Notes: generated from the letters alone by a model not told the origin. A stretch of DNA of 64,000 nucleotides from an uncultured delta proteobacterium (GCA_963767925.1 CAVYGB010000008.1:1600001-1664000); one strand, 5' to 3'; positions 1-10,424 are shown, counted from the first letter of the stretch. A program made the numbers and translations.

Positions 1-24
1 GTAGCCACCTTTGGCGCGAGGCAT
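1..24 (-). CDS. rplT: 50S ribosomal protein L20, 5' end only (runs off the window)
   Basis: Reverse strand reads ATG CCT CGC GCC AAA GGT GGC TAC (MPRAKGGY), preceded by GAGGAG and directly downstream of rpmI, matching the infC-rpmI-rplT order. Confidence 0.85.
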
Positions 25-44
25 GGACGAAAGGCTCCTCTAGC

Positions 45-251
45 TCAGGTTCCGTAAGGGAGCATCGCTTTGATCTGATGCTCCTGGGTTTCGAAGACGT
101 ACCCGGTCCGGCGCAGCTTGCGGCCGGTGCTGCCCTTGCGAAGCCCCGTGTTGTGGCGGAGGAACGCCCGCTTGCGCTTGATGCGCCCGCTGGCTGTCAG
201 CTTGAAGCGCTTTTTGGCGCCGCTGTTCGACTTCATCTTCAGCTTGGGCAT
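45..251 (-). CDS. rpmI: 50S ribosomal protein L35
   Basis: MPKLKMKSNSGAKKRFKLTASGRIKRKRAFLRH...MLPY; 68 aa; lies between infC and rplT. Confidence 0.97.
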   Translation of the reverse strand: MPKLKMKSNSGAKKRFKLTASGRIKRKRAFLRHNTGLRKGSTGRKLRRTGYVFETQEHQIKAMLPYGT

Positions 252-262
252 GAGAGGCGCGG

Positions 263-290
263 AGTATATCGATTACGGCACGGCACGCAA
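263..290 (-). promoter_or_regulatory. Putative sigma-70 promoter for rpmI-rplT
   Basis: Minus strand TTGCGT-16 nt-TATACT, ending 11 nt before the rpmI ATG. Confidence 0.45.
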
Positions 291-439
291 GAGGCAAGAC
301 CGGGGGCCGTGCTCCCGGGTCCTACGATTCACACATTTCGACGGTCGGGGGGGACCGCGCCCGACCCCGGCCGCGGCCCGCGGGGTGCCGGACCCATCCG
401 ATCCCCCCGCTTCCCTGTGTCCCTCTGGCCCGGGGGTCC

Positions 440-1117
440 TCAGGCCTTCGGCTTCTGAGCCACCGGGGCGGCGGGAGCCGGGCGGCTGATCGGCGCGGAC
501 GGTGCAGGAGGGGCGGCAGGTGGCGGGGCGCCGGGTCCGGCCGTCCCGGTCGGTGGTGGGTTGGGACGCACCACGCCGATGCGGGGACCGAGGGTGAGCA
601 CCATGCGGCGGCCTTCCATGGTGGCCTTCTGCTCGACCACGGCGGCGTCGCCGAGCGCCTTGATGACGGTGTCGAGCATCGCCTGTCCCGTCTCGGGGTG
701 CACGATCTCGCGACCCCGGAACACGATGACGAGGCGGCACTTGTTGCCCTCGGTCAGGAAGCGGCGGATGTGTTTGACCTTGAAGTCCAGGTCGTGGACG
801 TCGGTCTTGGGACGGAACTTGACCTCCTTGACCACCACCGTGGACTGGTGCTTGCGGGAGGCCTTCTCCTTCTTGGAGGTCTCGTACTTGAACTTGCCGA
901 AGTCCATGATTCGGCACACCGGCGGAGCGGCGCGGGGGTTGACCTCGACGAGCTCGAGCCCCTGCTCCTCCGCCATCTTCAGCGCCTCGTAGGTCGGCAT
1001 GATGCCGACCTGCGCGCCGTCGGGCCCGATGACCCGGACCTCGGGTGCACGGATACGACGACCGACGCGGTAGCTGTCGGCCCCACTGGGCGGCTGATGA
1101 AAACCTGGTCTAGGGAT
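440..1117 (-). CDS. infC: Translation initiation factor IF-3, ATC start, Pro/Ala-rich C-terminal extension
   Basis: IF3 motifs RIRAPEVRVIG, PPVCRIMDFGKFKYE and KEVKFRPK. The frame stays open upstream of the ORF-track Met to an ATC at 1117-1115, which lies 6 nt after AGGAGG (1129-1124). Confidence 0.95.
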   Translation of the reverse strand: MPRPGFHQPPSGADSYRVGRRIRAPEVRVIGPDGAQVGIMPTYEALKMAEEQGLELVEVNPRAAPPVCRIMDFGKFKYETSKKEKASRKHQSTVVVKEVKFRPKTDVHDLDFKVKHIRRFLTEGNKCRLVIVFRGREIVHPETGQAMLDTVIKALGDAAVVEQKATMEGRRMVLTLGPRIGVVRPNPPPTGTAGPGAPPPAAPPAPSAPISRPAPAAPVAQKPKA

Positions 1118-1157
1118 GCTCTTCCTCCTGGCCTGAGACTCGCCGCCGACCCCCGCC

Positions 1158-2939
1158 CTATTCGAGCGGAGGCACCTTCGCTTCGGCCGCCAGGCGCGCG
1201 ACGAACTCGTCGAGCGGAGTGGCGGGTTGCTGCTGACCCTCCCGGGTGCGCGGCGACACCACCCGGGCGGCCATGTCCTTCTCCCCGACGACGACCATGT
1301 AGGGGATCTTCTCCATCTGCGCGCGGCGGATCTTGGCCCCGAGCTTGTCGGCGGCGACGTCCGCCTCGGCCCGGATGTCGAGCGCCGCCAGGCGGCTGAC
1401 CACCTCCTGGGCGTAGGCCTCGGCCTTCTCGCTGACCGAGAGCACCCGGGCCTGGACCGGCGCCAGCCAGAGGGGAAAGGCGCCTCCGTAGTGCTCGATG
1501 AGCACGGCCATGAAACGCTCGACCGACCCCAGCAACGCCCGGTGGATCATGACGGGCCGGTGGCGCTGGCCGTCGGCTCCCACGTACTCCAGGGCGAAGC
1601 GCTGGGGCAGCTGGAAGTCGAGCTGGAAGGTCGCACACTGCCACTCCCGGCCGATGGCGTCCTTGATCTTGAGGTCGATCTTGGGCCCGTAAAACGCGCC
1701 CCCGCCCTTGTCCACCTCGAAGGGGCGCCCGGTCGCTTCCATCACCTTGCGCAGCTCGGCCTCGGCGGCGTCCCAGGCGGCGGGCTCACCCATGAAGCTC
1801 TCGGGGCGTGTCGCCAGGTAGAGGTTGTAGTCGGTGAACCCGAACAGCTTCAGCAGGGCCAGCGAGAAGGTCAGACAGGCCCCCATCTCGGCGCCGATCT
1901 GATCCTCGCGCACGAAGAGATGCCCGTCGTCCATGGTCAGACCACGGACCCGGAGCAGGCCGTGCAGCACCCCCGAACGTTCGTACCGGTACACCGTACC
2001 CAGCTCGGAGTACCGGATCGGCAGTTCGCGGTAGGACCGGAGCTGCGACCGGTAGATCGAGACGTGGAACGGACAGTTCATCGGCTTGACGAGGTAGCGC
2101 TGCCCTTCGAGCTCCATCCCTCCGAAGAGGTTCTCCTGGTAGTGCTCGAGGTGACCGGAGGTGGCCAGGAGTTGCTCGCGCGCCAGGTGCGGGCGTGTAG
2201 ACCGAGCTGGTATCCGCGCCGCACGTTCTCCCGCCGCACGATCTCCTCGATCTGGTAGCGGACGAAGGCCCCCTTGGGGTGCCAGAGGACGAAGCCGGGG
2301 CCAACCAGGTCGTCGAAGGAATAGAGATCGAGCTGCTTGCCGAGCAGGCGGTGGTCGCGGTGTTTGGCCTCTTCCAGGCGGGCCAGGTGCTCGTCGAGCT
2401 CCTTGCGGGTGGGGAAGGCGGTGCCGTAGACCCGCTGGAGCATCGGATTGCGCTCGTCCCCGCGCCAGTAGGCGCCGGCAAACGAGAGCACCTTGAAGGC
2501 CTTGATCTCGCCGGTCCGCTCGACGTGGGGGCCGCGACAGAGGTCGACGAAGTCTCCGTGCTGGTAGAGGGAGATCTCCTGGTCGGCCGGGATCGAGCGG
2601 ACGATCTCGACCTTGTAGGTCTCGCCTCGCGCCTCGAACATCTTCAGGGCCTCGTCCCGCGAGACCACCCGGCTGCACGAAGGGGAGATCCTGGGCGACG
2701 ATCTTGGCCATCTCCGCCTCGATGCGGGCGGCGTCGTCGGGGGTGAAGGGTTCGGTGTCGAAGTCGTAATAGAACCCGGACTCGATCGAGGGACCGATCG
2801 CGACCTTGGCCCCCGGGCGCAGCCGCCGGACGGCGTCGGCCATCACGTGGGAGGCCGAGTGCCGCAGCCGCGACAGGGGATCGTCCGGGACGTCCCCCTT
2901 GTCGCGCGGCCGGATTGTCGGGGCGGGCTGATCAGCCAC
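1158..2939 (-). CDS. thrS: Threonine--tRNA ligase (two compensating frameshifts near 2670 and 2195)
   Basis: [38 protein letters not shown] and PVMIHRA are in one frame. The internal DLCRGPH...RDHRLLGK segment is in the alternate-frame ORF 2078..2668. Confidence 0.96.
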   Translation of the reverse strand: MADQPAPTIRPRDKGDVPDDPLSRLRHSASHVMADAVRRLRPGAKVAIGPSIESGFYYDFDTEPFTPDDAARIEAEMAKIVAQDLPFVQPGGLAGRGPEDVRGARRDLQGRDRPLDPGRPGDLPLPARRLRRPLSRPPRRADRRDQGLQGALVCRRLLARGRAQSDAPAGLRHRLPHPQGARRAPGPPGRGQTPRPPPARQAARSLFLRRPGWPRLRPLAPQGGLRPLPDRGDRAAGERAARIPARSTRPHLAREQLLATSGHLEHYQENLFGGMELEGQRYLVKPMNCPFHVSIYRSQLRSYRELPIRYSELGTVYRYERSGVLHGLLRVRGLTMDDGHLFVREDQIGAEMGACLTFSLALLKLFGFTDYNLYLATRPESFMGEPAAWDAAEAELRKVMEATGRPFEVDKGGGAFYGPKIDLKIKDAIGREWQCATFQLDFQLPQRFALEYVGADGQRHRPVMIHRALLGSVERFMAVLIEHYGGAFPLWLAPVQARVLSVSEKAEAYAQEVVSRLAALDIRAEADVAADKLGAKIRRAQMEKIPYMVVVGEKDMAARVVSPRTREGQQQPATPLDEFVARLAAEAKVPPLE

Positions 2940-3026
2940 GGCCAGGTCCCCTGAAGTGTCTGTCCATCGTTGTTATAACCGTCGCGGTAACGGCCGTCGC
3001 GCGCACGGCGACTCGAGGGCAGACGG

Positions 3027-3098
3027 TAGGCATGGGCGGGATTGAACCGCCGACCCCCACCGTGTCAAGGTGGTGCTCTTCCACTGAGCTACATGCCT
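3027..3098 (-). tRNA. tRNA-Val (GAC)
   Basis: AGGCATGTAGCTCAGTGGAAGAGCACCACCTTGACACGGTGGGGGTCGGCGGTTCAATCCCGCCCATGCCTA folds as a cloverleaf with a GAC anticodon. It is followed by CCG, so CCA is not encoded. Confidence 0.96.
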
Positions 3099-3199
3099 TC
3101 AGGAACTCGCGCAGACCGCGTACGTTAACGGGCGCGTCGGCCAAGTCAAGCGGGAAGCGGTGCGAGGCGGCGGGTGAGGCGGGAGATCGCGAGCGTTAT

Positions 3200-3949
3200 T
3201 CATGGCAACGCGCGGGCCAGGGCGGCCACCCGCACCTCGCAGGCGCCGGCGTCCAGCAAGGTCCGCGCACACTCGGCGAACGTGGCACCGGTGGTCATCA
3301 CGTCGTCGACGAGCAGCAGGCGGCGGCCGCGAACCCGGGCCCGGGCCCGGGCCGAGACCACGAAGGCGCCGGCCACCCGACAGCGCCGCACCGGAGCCGA
3401 CTCTCGCCCGAGGGCGGGTGTGTCCCGCTGACGCCGGAGGGCATCCACCCACACCGGCAGCGGGACCTCGGGCAAGCCAAAGACCCGGGCGCGCGAGGCG
3501 CGGATGGCCAGCCCCTCGCGGGCCAGCTCCAGGGCCTGGTTGAAGCCGCGCTGGCGCAGGCGCCGGGGGTGCAGGGGAACCGGCACGACGGCGTCGGCCC
3601 CCTCCTGCGCCGCCCAGTCCAGCAGGGGAACCAGGAAACGGCCGAGGAGCCGGGCGGCGGCCAGCCGCCGGCCGTGTTTGAGACGAACCAGGGCTTCGGC
3701 GACCGCCCCGCCGTAGACCAGGCTGGCCCGGGCCCGGGAAAACGGAAAGGGACGGACCCGACAGGCGTGGCAGAGGTTGGCCTCTCCCCCGTCGTCGACC
3801 GCGCACCCCGGACAGGCCCCGTCGAGGGCCAGGACGGTACCGTCGCAGTCCGGGCAAAACGTCCGCTCGGCCTCCAGGATCCGCCGGCAGCCCGGGCAGC
3901 GCTGCGGCCAGAGCAAGCGCGCGAGGAACGAGCCGGCGACTTGCAGCAT
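3200..3949 (-). CDS. comF: ComF family protein (double zinc ribbon plus phosphoribosyltransferase-like domain)
   Basis: Four CxxC motifs, VPVPLHPRRLRQRGFNQA, LLVDDVMTTGAT. Confidence 0.9.
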   Translation of the reverse strand: MLQVAGSFLARLLWPQRCPGCRRILEAERTFCPDCDGTVLALDGACPGCAVDDGGEANLCHACRVRPFPFSRARASLVYGGAVAEALVRLKHGRRLAAARLLGRFLVPLLDWAAQEGADAVVPVPLHPRRLRQRGFNQALELAREGLAIRASRARVFGLPEVPLPVWVDALRRQRDTPALGRESAPVRRCRVAGAFVVSARARARVRGRRLLLVDDVMTTGATFAECARTLLDAGACEVRVAALARALP

Positions 3950-4079
3950 GCCGATTCATCGGCGCACCCGGGCGTCGGGTTGCGAAAAAGGTGGTCCGGC
4001 GAAGGGCAAAGCCCCGGCCAGTCGATCTTTTACCGCCAGCCAGTTGACCGCCGTCCGGGCATGAGAGAACGTCCGCGCC

Positions 4080-5144
4080 ATGATGTCGACGAGAGCACTG
4101 GCTTCCACTTTGGTCGCAGCCGGCCTGGCTTCCGCTCCGGTGGCGTTCGCCCTGGTGGCGAGCTCGCCGGCCGACCGTTCGGCGGGCGCGATGGCCGAGG
4201 CCGCCTCGAAGTTCCTGGCGTCGCTCGATGCCGAGCAGAAGAAGCTCGCCCACCACCCCTGGGAGGGGGCGGATCGCGTCTCCATCGTCTATGTCCCGCG
4301 GGCCCGATCGGGCGCGCCGCTCAAGCGCCTCAACCCGGAACAGCGCAAGCTGGCCCACACCCTCCTGAAGACCGGCCTGAGCCAGGGCGGTTACCAGAAG
4401 GCCACCCAGATCATGGAGCTCGAGAAGGTCCTCGCCGAGATCGAGAAGAACCCCACCCGGCGCGATCCCGACCTCTACTACTTCTGGGTGTTCGGCACGC
4501 CGGAGGCCGGCGGCACCTGGGGCTGGAAGGCCGAGGGGCACCACATGTCGTTGAACTTCACGGTGGTCAAGGGGACCGCCATCGCCACCACCCCCACCTT
4601 CGCCGGCGCCAACCCGGCCGAGGTGCGGGACGGACCGCTCAAGGGACGTCGGGTCCTGGGGGTCGAGGAGGACCTGGCGCGCGAGCTGGTGGCCTCCTTC
4701 GACGAAAAGACGCGGGCCCAGGTGGTGTTCGACGAGAAGGCGCTCAACGAGATCCTCACCACCGACAAGTCCCAGGTCGAGCCCCTGCCTCCGGTGGGGA
4801 TCGAGGTGGCGAAGATGACCGGCAAGCAGAAGGCGCTGGTGAAGAAGCTGCTCGCCGAATACGCCGCCCTGATGCCGCCCGCCCTGGCCGCCGAGCGGCT
4901 GGCCAAGATCGACAAGGCCGGCTTCGACAAGCTGCGCTTCGGCTGGGCCGGGGGCCTCAAGAAGGGCGAGAAGCACTACTACCGGCTCGCCGGCCCCACC
5001 GTGCTGGTCGAATACGACAACAGCCAGAACGACGGGAACCACGTCCACTCCGCCTGGCGGGACTTCAACGGCGACTTCGGACGCGATCTCCTGCGCGAGC
5101 ACCTCAAGTCCGCGCACGCCGCCCCCTCCGGCGCCGCTCCCTGA
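4080..5144 (+). CDS. DUF3500 family exported protein
   Basis: Signal peptide; RRDPDLYYFWVFGTP, WGWKAEGHHMSLNFT, EYDNSQNDGNHVHSAWRDFNGDFG. Confidence 0.85.
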   Translation: MMSTRALASTLVAAGLASAPVAFALVASSPADRSAGAMAEAASKFLASLDAEQKKLAHHPWEGADRVSIVYVPRARSGAPLKRLNPEQRKLAHTLLKTGLSQGGYQKATQIMELEKVLAEIEKNPTRRDPDLYYFWVFGTPEAGGTWGWKAEGHHMSLNFTVVKGTAIATTPTFAGANPAEVRDGPLKGRRVLGVEEDLARELVASFDEKTRAQVVFDEKALNEILTTDKSQVEPLPPVGIEVAKMTGKQKALVKKLLAEYAALMPPALAAERLAKIDKAGFDKLRFGWAGGLKKGEKHYYRLAGPTVLVEYDNSQNDGNHVHSAWRDFNGDFGRDLLREHLKSAHAAPSGAAP

Positions 5145-7040
5145 TCAGCTCGCCCCGGTCTGATCGTACAGGCCCTCGATGGCGGCGCGGTGGCGCGCGA
5201 CCGCCTCCTTGCGCTTCATCTTGAGGCTCGGGGTGAGCTGGCCGTTGGCCTCGGTGAAGTCCTCGCCCAGCACCCCGAACTGCTTGATGGTCTCGAAGCT
5301 GGCGAGGGTGGCGTTGAGGGCGTCGATCTCCTTCTTCACCAGGCCGCGCAGGCGGGCGTCGCCGGCCGCCTTGCGGGCGTCGCCGGCCCCGAAGCGCTGG
5401 ACCGCCTCCTCACCCAGCGTGACCAGGGCGACGCAGTAGGGCTTCCGGTCGCCGAAGACCAGGACCTGGCTCAGCAGCGGGCAACGCGCCTTGAGCGCGC
5501 TCTCGAGGAGCTGGGGGGCCACCTTCTTTCCCCCGGCCAGGACGATGAGGTCCTTCTTGCGGTCGGTGATGCGGAGAAAGCCGTCCTCGAGCTGGCCGAT
5601 GTCCCCGGTGTGAAACCACCCCTCGGCGTCGATGGCCTCGGCGGTGGCGGCGGCGTTGTCGTGGTAGCGGTGGAAGACGGAGGGCCCCCGCACGAGGATC
5701 TCGCCGTCGGCGGCGATCTGGCACTCGACGATGTCGATGGCCAGGCCCACCGTGCCGAAGCGGAAGCGGTCGTGCCGGTTCAGGAAGGCGGCCGCCATCG
5801 TCTCGGTCAGGCCGTACCCCTCCAGGATGAGCAGCCCCACCGAGTGAAAGAACTCGGCGATCTCGGCCGCGAGGGGCGCCCCGCCCGAGATGAGGAGGCG
5901 ACAGCGGTCGAGCCCCAGCTTGGCCCGCAGCTTCGACAGCACGAGCCGGTCGGCGAAGCGGTGCATGCGGGCGAGCCCCGCGGTCGGCCGCCGTCCCTCC
6001 CGGACCTCGTGGGCGTGCCGGGCGCCAACCCGGAACGCCCAGCGCACGAGCGCCCGGCGAAGGGCGGAGCCCTGCTGCGCGCCGGCCTGGATGGCCGCGT
6101 AGAACTTCTCGTACGCTCGGGGGACCCCGGCCATGAACGAGGGGCGGATCTCGACGAGCTCGTCCTTGATCTTGCTCATCCCCTCGGAGAACACGACCGC
6201 CAGCCCCGCGAAGATCGACGCCCAGGCGATCTCCCGCCCCACCACGTGGGCCAGCGGGACCCAGAGGTAGTGGACCCCCTCGGGCCGCAGATCCAGGGCC
6301 CGACAGGCGCTGGCCACCGCCGTGATGAGGTTACCGTGGGTCAGGACGACGCCCTTGGGGTTCCCGGTGGTGCCCGAGGTGTAGATGATGGTGAACAGGT
6401 CGTCCGGGCCGGCGGCCGAGCGCCGGCGCTCGATCTGGGCCCGCCGGCCGGCATCCTCCAGAAAGGTGCGGCCCATCTTCCGGAGATCGGCGAGCGACAG
6501 CACGCGGCGGGCGGCCTCCCGCGGGATGCGCGCCATGATCTCGGCGAGCGGGATCTCCGTCCGCCCCTGGGCATCGGGACGTTCGAGCCTGGCGTCGCCC
6601 GCGATGTGCACGAGGTAGAGGTCGGCCCCCGTCAGCAGGAGCGGCACCAGCTTGGCAAGCTGGGCGGCGTCCTCGACGACAACCGCCCGGGCGCCAGCGT
6701 TCTTGACGATGTACGCACACTGGTCGGCGGTGCTCGACGGGTAGACCGGCACGGTGGCGGCCCCGGCGATCAAGATGCCGATGTCGCACAGCATCCATTC
6801 AAAGCGGGTCTGCGAGAGCAGCCCGACCCGGTCACCGGGGAGCAGCCCCAGGGCCGCGAACCCCCCCGCAACCTCCAGGGCCAGCTCGTCGGCCTGCCGC
6901 CAGGTGACGTCCTGCCAGGCACCCCCGACCCGGTGGCGGTAGGCCAAGGTGTCCCCGCTGCGGGTGATGCGATCGACCCAGGCCTCGTTCGCGCTGCGAA
7001 AAGGCGCCACCTCCATGCTCACGCGTGCACGATCGTTCAT
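5145..7040 (-). CDS. Long-chain fatty acid--CoA ligase (AMP-binding family)
   Basis: IIYTSGTTGNPKGV, EGYGLTE, GWFHTGDIG, ITDRKKDLI. Start uncertain (7016, 7040 or 7058). Confidence 0.92.
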   Translation of the reverse strand: MNDRARVSMEVAPFRSANEAWVDRITRSGDTLAYRHRVGGAWQDVTWRQADELALEVAGGFAALGLLPGDRVGLLSQTRFEWMLCDIGILIAGAATVPVYPSSTADQCAYIVKNAGARAVVVEDAAQLAKLVPLLLTGADLYLVHIAGDARLERPDAQGRTEIPLAEIMARIPREAARRVLSLADLRKMGRTFLEDAGRRAQIERRRSAAGPDDLFTIIYTSGTTGNPKGVVLTHGNLITAVASACRALDLRPEGVHYLWVPLAHVVGREIAWASIFAGLAVVFSEGMSKIKDELVEIRPSFMAGVPRAYEKFYAAIQAGAQQGSALRRALVRWAFRVGARHAHEVREGRRPTAGLARMHRFADRLVLSKLRAKLGLDRCRLLISGGAPLAAEIAEFFHSVGLLILEGYGLTETMAAAFLNRHDRFRFGTVGLAIDIVECQIAADGEILVRGPSVFHRYHDNAAATAEAIDAEGWFHTGDIGQLEDGFLRITDRKKDLIVLAGGKKVAPQLLESALKARCPLLSQVLVFGDRKPYCVALVTLGEEAVQRFGAGDARKAAGDARLRGLVKKEIDALNATLASFETIKQFGVLGEDFTEANGQLTPSLKMKRKEAVARHRAAIEGLYDQTGAS

Positions 7041-7145
7041 GCGTCCGTCGCGCGTCAATGCCGCAACTGCCGAAATTCATACCGCCCTGAGCCGGTGTGC
7101 GCCACAGGGGGAGATCTCTCCGCCCAGGCCTCCCCCGCTCTGCCG

Positions 7146-7310
7146 CTAGTCCCCTGGAACGGTGATTTCTTGCATATCTCGGCGGTCCTCTTCGTCCCTG
7201 GCTGCGTTGCTCGTCGGTTAAATACGCCCGGTATTCGCCCTCCTCGCGCCTTGCCAGGAACGAAGATGCCTCGCCGACATATGCAAGACTTCACCTTTCC
7301 AGGGGACTAG
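7146..7310 (-). mobile_element. CTAG-bounded ~160-bp hairpin element, copy A (MITE/REPIN-like)
   Basis: Perfect 14-bp terminal inverted repeat CTAGTCCCCTGGAA...TTCCAGGGGACTAG extending into ~57-bp imperfect arms. The 50-nt core (7203-7252, minus strand) is homologous to the cores at 30987 and 31148. Confidence 0.8.
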
Positions 7311-7636
7311 CAACAATCGCCCGGTCGCGGCCGATGAGGCTCCGTGCGGCACGGCTATTGTTCCCGGGCGTTTTCACACGTAAGATTCCGGTTGGATAAG
7401 ATCTCGCCGGGCGGCGGCGGCAACACGTCTGGGCCTAAGGGGGTATGCGGCCTGGACGTCTAGCCTCGAGCACCTTCGCCCGCGGCTTCTTTCCTCCACG
7501 AACTAGGAGCCTGGCTTGGCAACGTGGTGACTCGGCGAAAGAACGCCGCCGAGACAAGAGCGAAAACTCGTCTGAAACGTTGAGATGATGGGGTCCGTCG
7601 GGGCTCCGTCCGCGTTCCAAACAGGTCCAGGTGTTC

Positions 7637-9487
7637 ATGTTGCAAGGACGACTCCCCTCCCGGTATCGCGTCATCGAAGAGGTCGGCCAGGGCGGCATGG
7701 CGGTCGTGTACAAAGCGCATGACGAGACGCTCAAGCGCGAGGTGGCAGTAAAGGTCCTCCACCCCCATCTGCTGGCCGAGACCGAATCGAAGACCCGCCT
7801 CGAGCGCGAAGCTCAAGCAGTGGCGAAGCTTCACCACGACAACATCGTGCAGATCTTCGACTATTCCGGCGACGGATCGTCGGCCTCGTACATCGTCACC
7901 GAGTTCATCGAGGGGCAAACCCTCAAGCAGTTCATGAATAATCGCCGCCCCCCTCCCCCGGAGGTGGCTGCGCTCATCGCCATCGAGGTGGGGGGGGCTT
8001 TGCTGCACGCCCACTCGTTCGGGATCATCCACCGGGACGTGAAGCCCGAGAACGTGATGGTCCGCAAGGACGGGATGCTCAAGCTGATGGACTTCGGGGT
8101 CGCCCAGATCATGGACCTGGAGCGGATGACCGTGACCGGTCAGCTCCTCGGCTCGCCGGCCTACATGGCCCCCGAGATCCTGGAGGGCAAGTCGCTCGAC
8201 GTGCGGACCGACGTGTTCTCGGTGGGGATCATGCTCTACCAGCTGTCGACGGGCGCCCTGCCTTTCACCGGGCGCAACCCCCACGAGGTGCTCAAGCGGA
8301 TCGCCGAGGGGAAGTTCGCCGATCCCCGCACCATCAACCGGATGGTGGCCGACCGCCTGGCCAAGATCATCGCCCGGGCCCTCGCCCGGCGACCCGATGA
8401 TCGCTACCCCTCGGCGGCCGAGCTGGTGGCCGACCTGGGCGCCTTTGTGGGCGACGCCGGGCTGACCTCGACCCGGGACGAGTTGCAGGGCTTCTTCCGG
8501 GAACCCGACCGGTACGAAGGCGCGATCGGGCCCCGCATGCTGGGGGCCCTGGTCAACCGGGGCAAGCAGGAGCGAGCCGCCCGCCGAACCGCGCGGGCGC
8601 TCGAGCTGTGGAACCGCGCTCTCAGCATGGATCCCAGCAACAAGGAGGTGCTCGTCGAGCTCAAGCGCCTCGAGAGCCGCCAGCACCTCAAACGTGGCAG
8701 CCTGGTGGCGGCCTCGGTCGCCGCCCTCGCCGCGGGCGCCTTCTTCATCCTGAACCGCGCAGGGAGCGACGACCCGCTACGTTCGGCCGCCGCGGGCAAG
8801 CCGCCGGCCGGGCGGGTGCTCGTCAACACCGCGCCTGCGCCTCCGCCCGCACGGGCCGCATCCCCCTTGCCGGGTCCCCCACCCCAGGGCACCAGCGGTC
8901 GCGGGCCGGAGCGCAGCGCGTCGTCCCAGCCCCGTGCGCGGGGCAAGAGCGATCGTGGGCGGCTGGCCGCGCTGCCCCCTCCGGCCGTTCCGGTGATGAG
9001 AACCTTCAAGCTGGCGCCCTACCCGCCCAAGGCAGATATCATCGTCGACGGCGTGTTCGCGATGGCCTTTGGCCCCGGGTCGACGACCCTCAATCTCGAC
9101 TGGAACAAGGACCACCTTGTCGAGTTCAAGAACGATTGCTGTACGACGATCAGCCTCGAAGTCGGCCCCAACAAGGCTCCCGTGCGGGACAACCGGCTGT
9201 CGCCCATGTTCTCTGGCCTGCCCGCCCGGCTGACCGTGAAGACCAACCCGCCCCTCGAGGGTCGGGTGGGCGTGCTGGAGCTGGACAAGGACGACGGCCG
9301 CCACCGGCCGGTCGACACCCTGGACCAGCTCAACACGCCCATCACGATCAGCTTCGAGGGCGATACCGACATGAAGAAGCGCCTGAGGCTCACGGTGGAC
9401 ACCAAGGGGAAGCGGCGGCCCAGGAACTACGACGTCGAGATCCACGCCGGCGAAAAACGGGTCGAGACGGTTCCGCTGGACGACTAG
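7637..9487 (+). CDS. Membrane-anchored Hanks-type Ser/Thr protein kinase
   Basis: GQGGMAVVY, VAVK, HRDVKPEN, DFG, YMAPE; TM segment GSLVAASVAALAAGAFFIL; Pro-rich linker; beta-rich C-terminal domain, possibly PEGA-like. Confidence 0.95.
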   Translation: MLQGRLPSRYRVIEEVGQGGMAVVYKAHDETLKREVAVKVLHPHLLAETESKTRLEREAQAVAKLHHDNIVQIFDYSGDGSSASYIVTEFIEGQTLKQFMNNRRPPPPEVAALIAIEVGGALLHAHSFGIIHRDVKPENVMVRKDGMLKLMDFGVAQIMDLERMTVTGQLLGSPAYMAPEILEGKSLDVRTDVFSVGIMLYQLSTGALPFTGRNPHEVLKRIAEGKFADPRTINRMVADRLAKIIARALARRPDDRYPSAAELVADLGAFVGDAGLTSTRDELQGFFREPDRYEGAIGPRMLGALVNRGKQERAARRTARALELWNRALSMDPSNKEVLVELKRLESRQHLKRGSLVAASVAALAAGAFFILNRAGSDDPLRSAAAGKPPAGRVLVNTAPAPPPARAASPLPGPPPQGTSGRGPERSASSQPRARGKSDRGRLAALPPPAVPVMRTFKLAPYPPKADIIVDGVFAMAFGPGSTTLNLDWNKDHLVEFKNDCCTTISLEVGPNKAPVRDNRLSPMFSGLPARLTVKTNPPLEGRVGVLELDKDDGRHRPVDTLDQLNTPITISFEGDTDMKKRLRLTVDTKGKRRPRNYDVEIHAGEKRVETVPLDD

Positions 9488-10401
9488 TTGCTCGCGCCCC
9501 CCCTTCTCCTCGTTCTCCTGGCCCTGCAAACGAGCTCGCCGTCGGTCGAGTACGCGCGGGGCAAGGTCGCCTTCGACCGGGGCGAATACGCCCGCGCCAT
9601 CGAGATCTTGCGCCCGCTGCTCTATCCCGAGCCCCGCTTGCCCGCCGAGGGCGAGATCGCGGCGGCCCACCGGATGCTCGGCGTGGCCCACCTGTTCGAG
9701 CGCCAGAACGACCAGGCCGCCCAGGAGTTTCGCAAGCTCCTGCAGCTCCGGCCCGACTACCGCATGGAGCCCCTGCTGGATCCCCCCTGGTCGTCGACTT
9801 CTTCAACGGCGTCCTCGAGCAGCAGGAGGCCGAGCTGGCCGAGCTGGGACGGATGCGGGAAGAGGCGGAGGCTGACGAGCGCCGGCGGCGCGAAGCGGTC
9901 CGTGGCGTCCCCGGCCTCGTCGAGCGGCGCTTCGTCCGCAACTCGCTGGCCCTGGCCTTCCTGCCCTTCGGGGTGGGGCAGTTCCAGAACGGCCAGCGCG
10001 CCAAGGGCTGGCTCTTCCTCGGCAGCGAGGCCGTGCTGGCTGGCGTGTCGATGGCCGCCTTCACCACCAACTTCGCGCTCTATGGCTTTCGCCCCGTGAT
10101 CCGCTGCGAAGAGGCCGACCCGACCACCCGGGGGCCGGGCTGCTCGCCGGGATATCGCCCCAGCCCCGACCAGGGCCGCTCCCAGCTCCTGCTCAAGGTG
10201 CAGCTCGTGAGCGGCGCGCTGTTCTTCGCCGCGGCCATCTGGGGGGTCACCGATGCGGTTTTGCACTTCCAGCCCGAGGTGGAGCTGATCGCCCCCGAGC
10301 GGGCCGGGGGGGCTACTGCCTCGCAAGCCGGGCGGGGCCCGCGTTTCCTGTTCACGTCGCTCGACGGTGGCTGGGGGGGCGCTCTCGCCTTCCGTTTCTA
10401 G
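9488..10401 (+). CDS. Exported TPR-repeat protein with C-terminal hydrophobic segments (frameshift in C-run near 9785)
   Basis: Signal peptide and TPR-like helices (ORF 9488..) continue as LVVDFFNGVL...LPFGVGQFQNGQ...GALAFRF in another frame across a CCCCCC run. Confidence 0.75.
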
Positions 10402-10424
10402 ACGGAAACGGGGAGACTCGGCCC

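Noticed and set aside
3024..3200. tRNA-Val as an integration site for a genomic island
   Set aside because: No integrase, no duplicated tRNA 3' end found, and the flanking genes are housekeeping.
7347..7362. Sigma-54 promoter-like CGGCACGGCTATTGTT upstream of the kinase
   Set aside because: It lacks the conserved GC at -12 and the leading T, so it is too weak to call.
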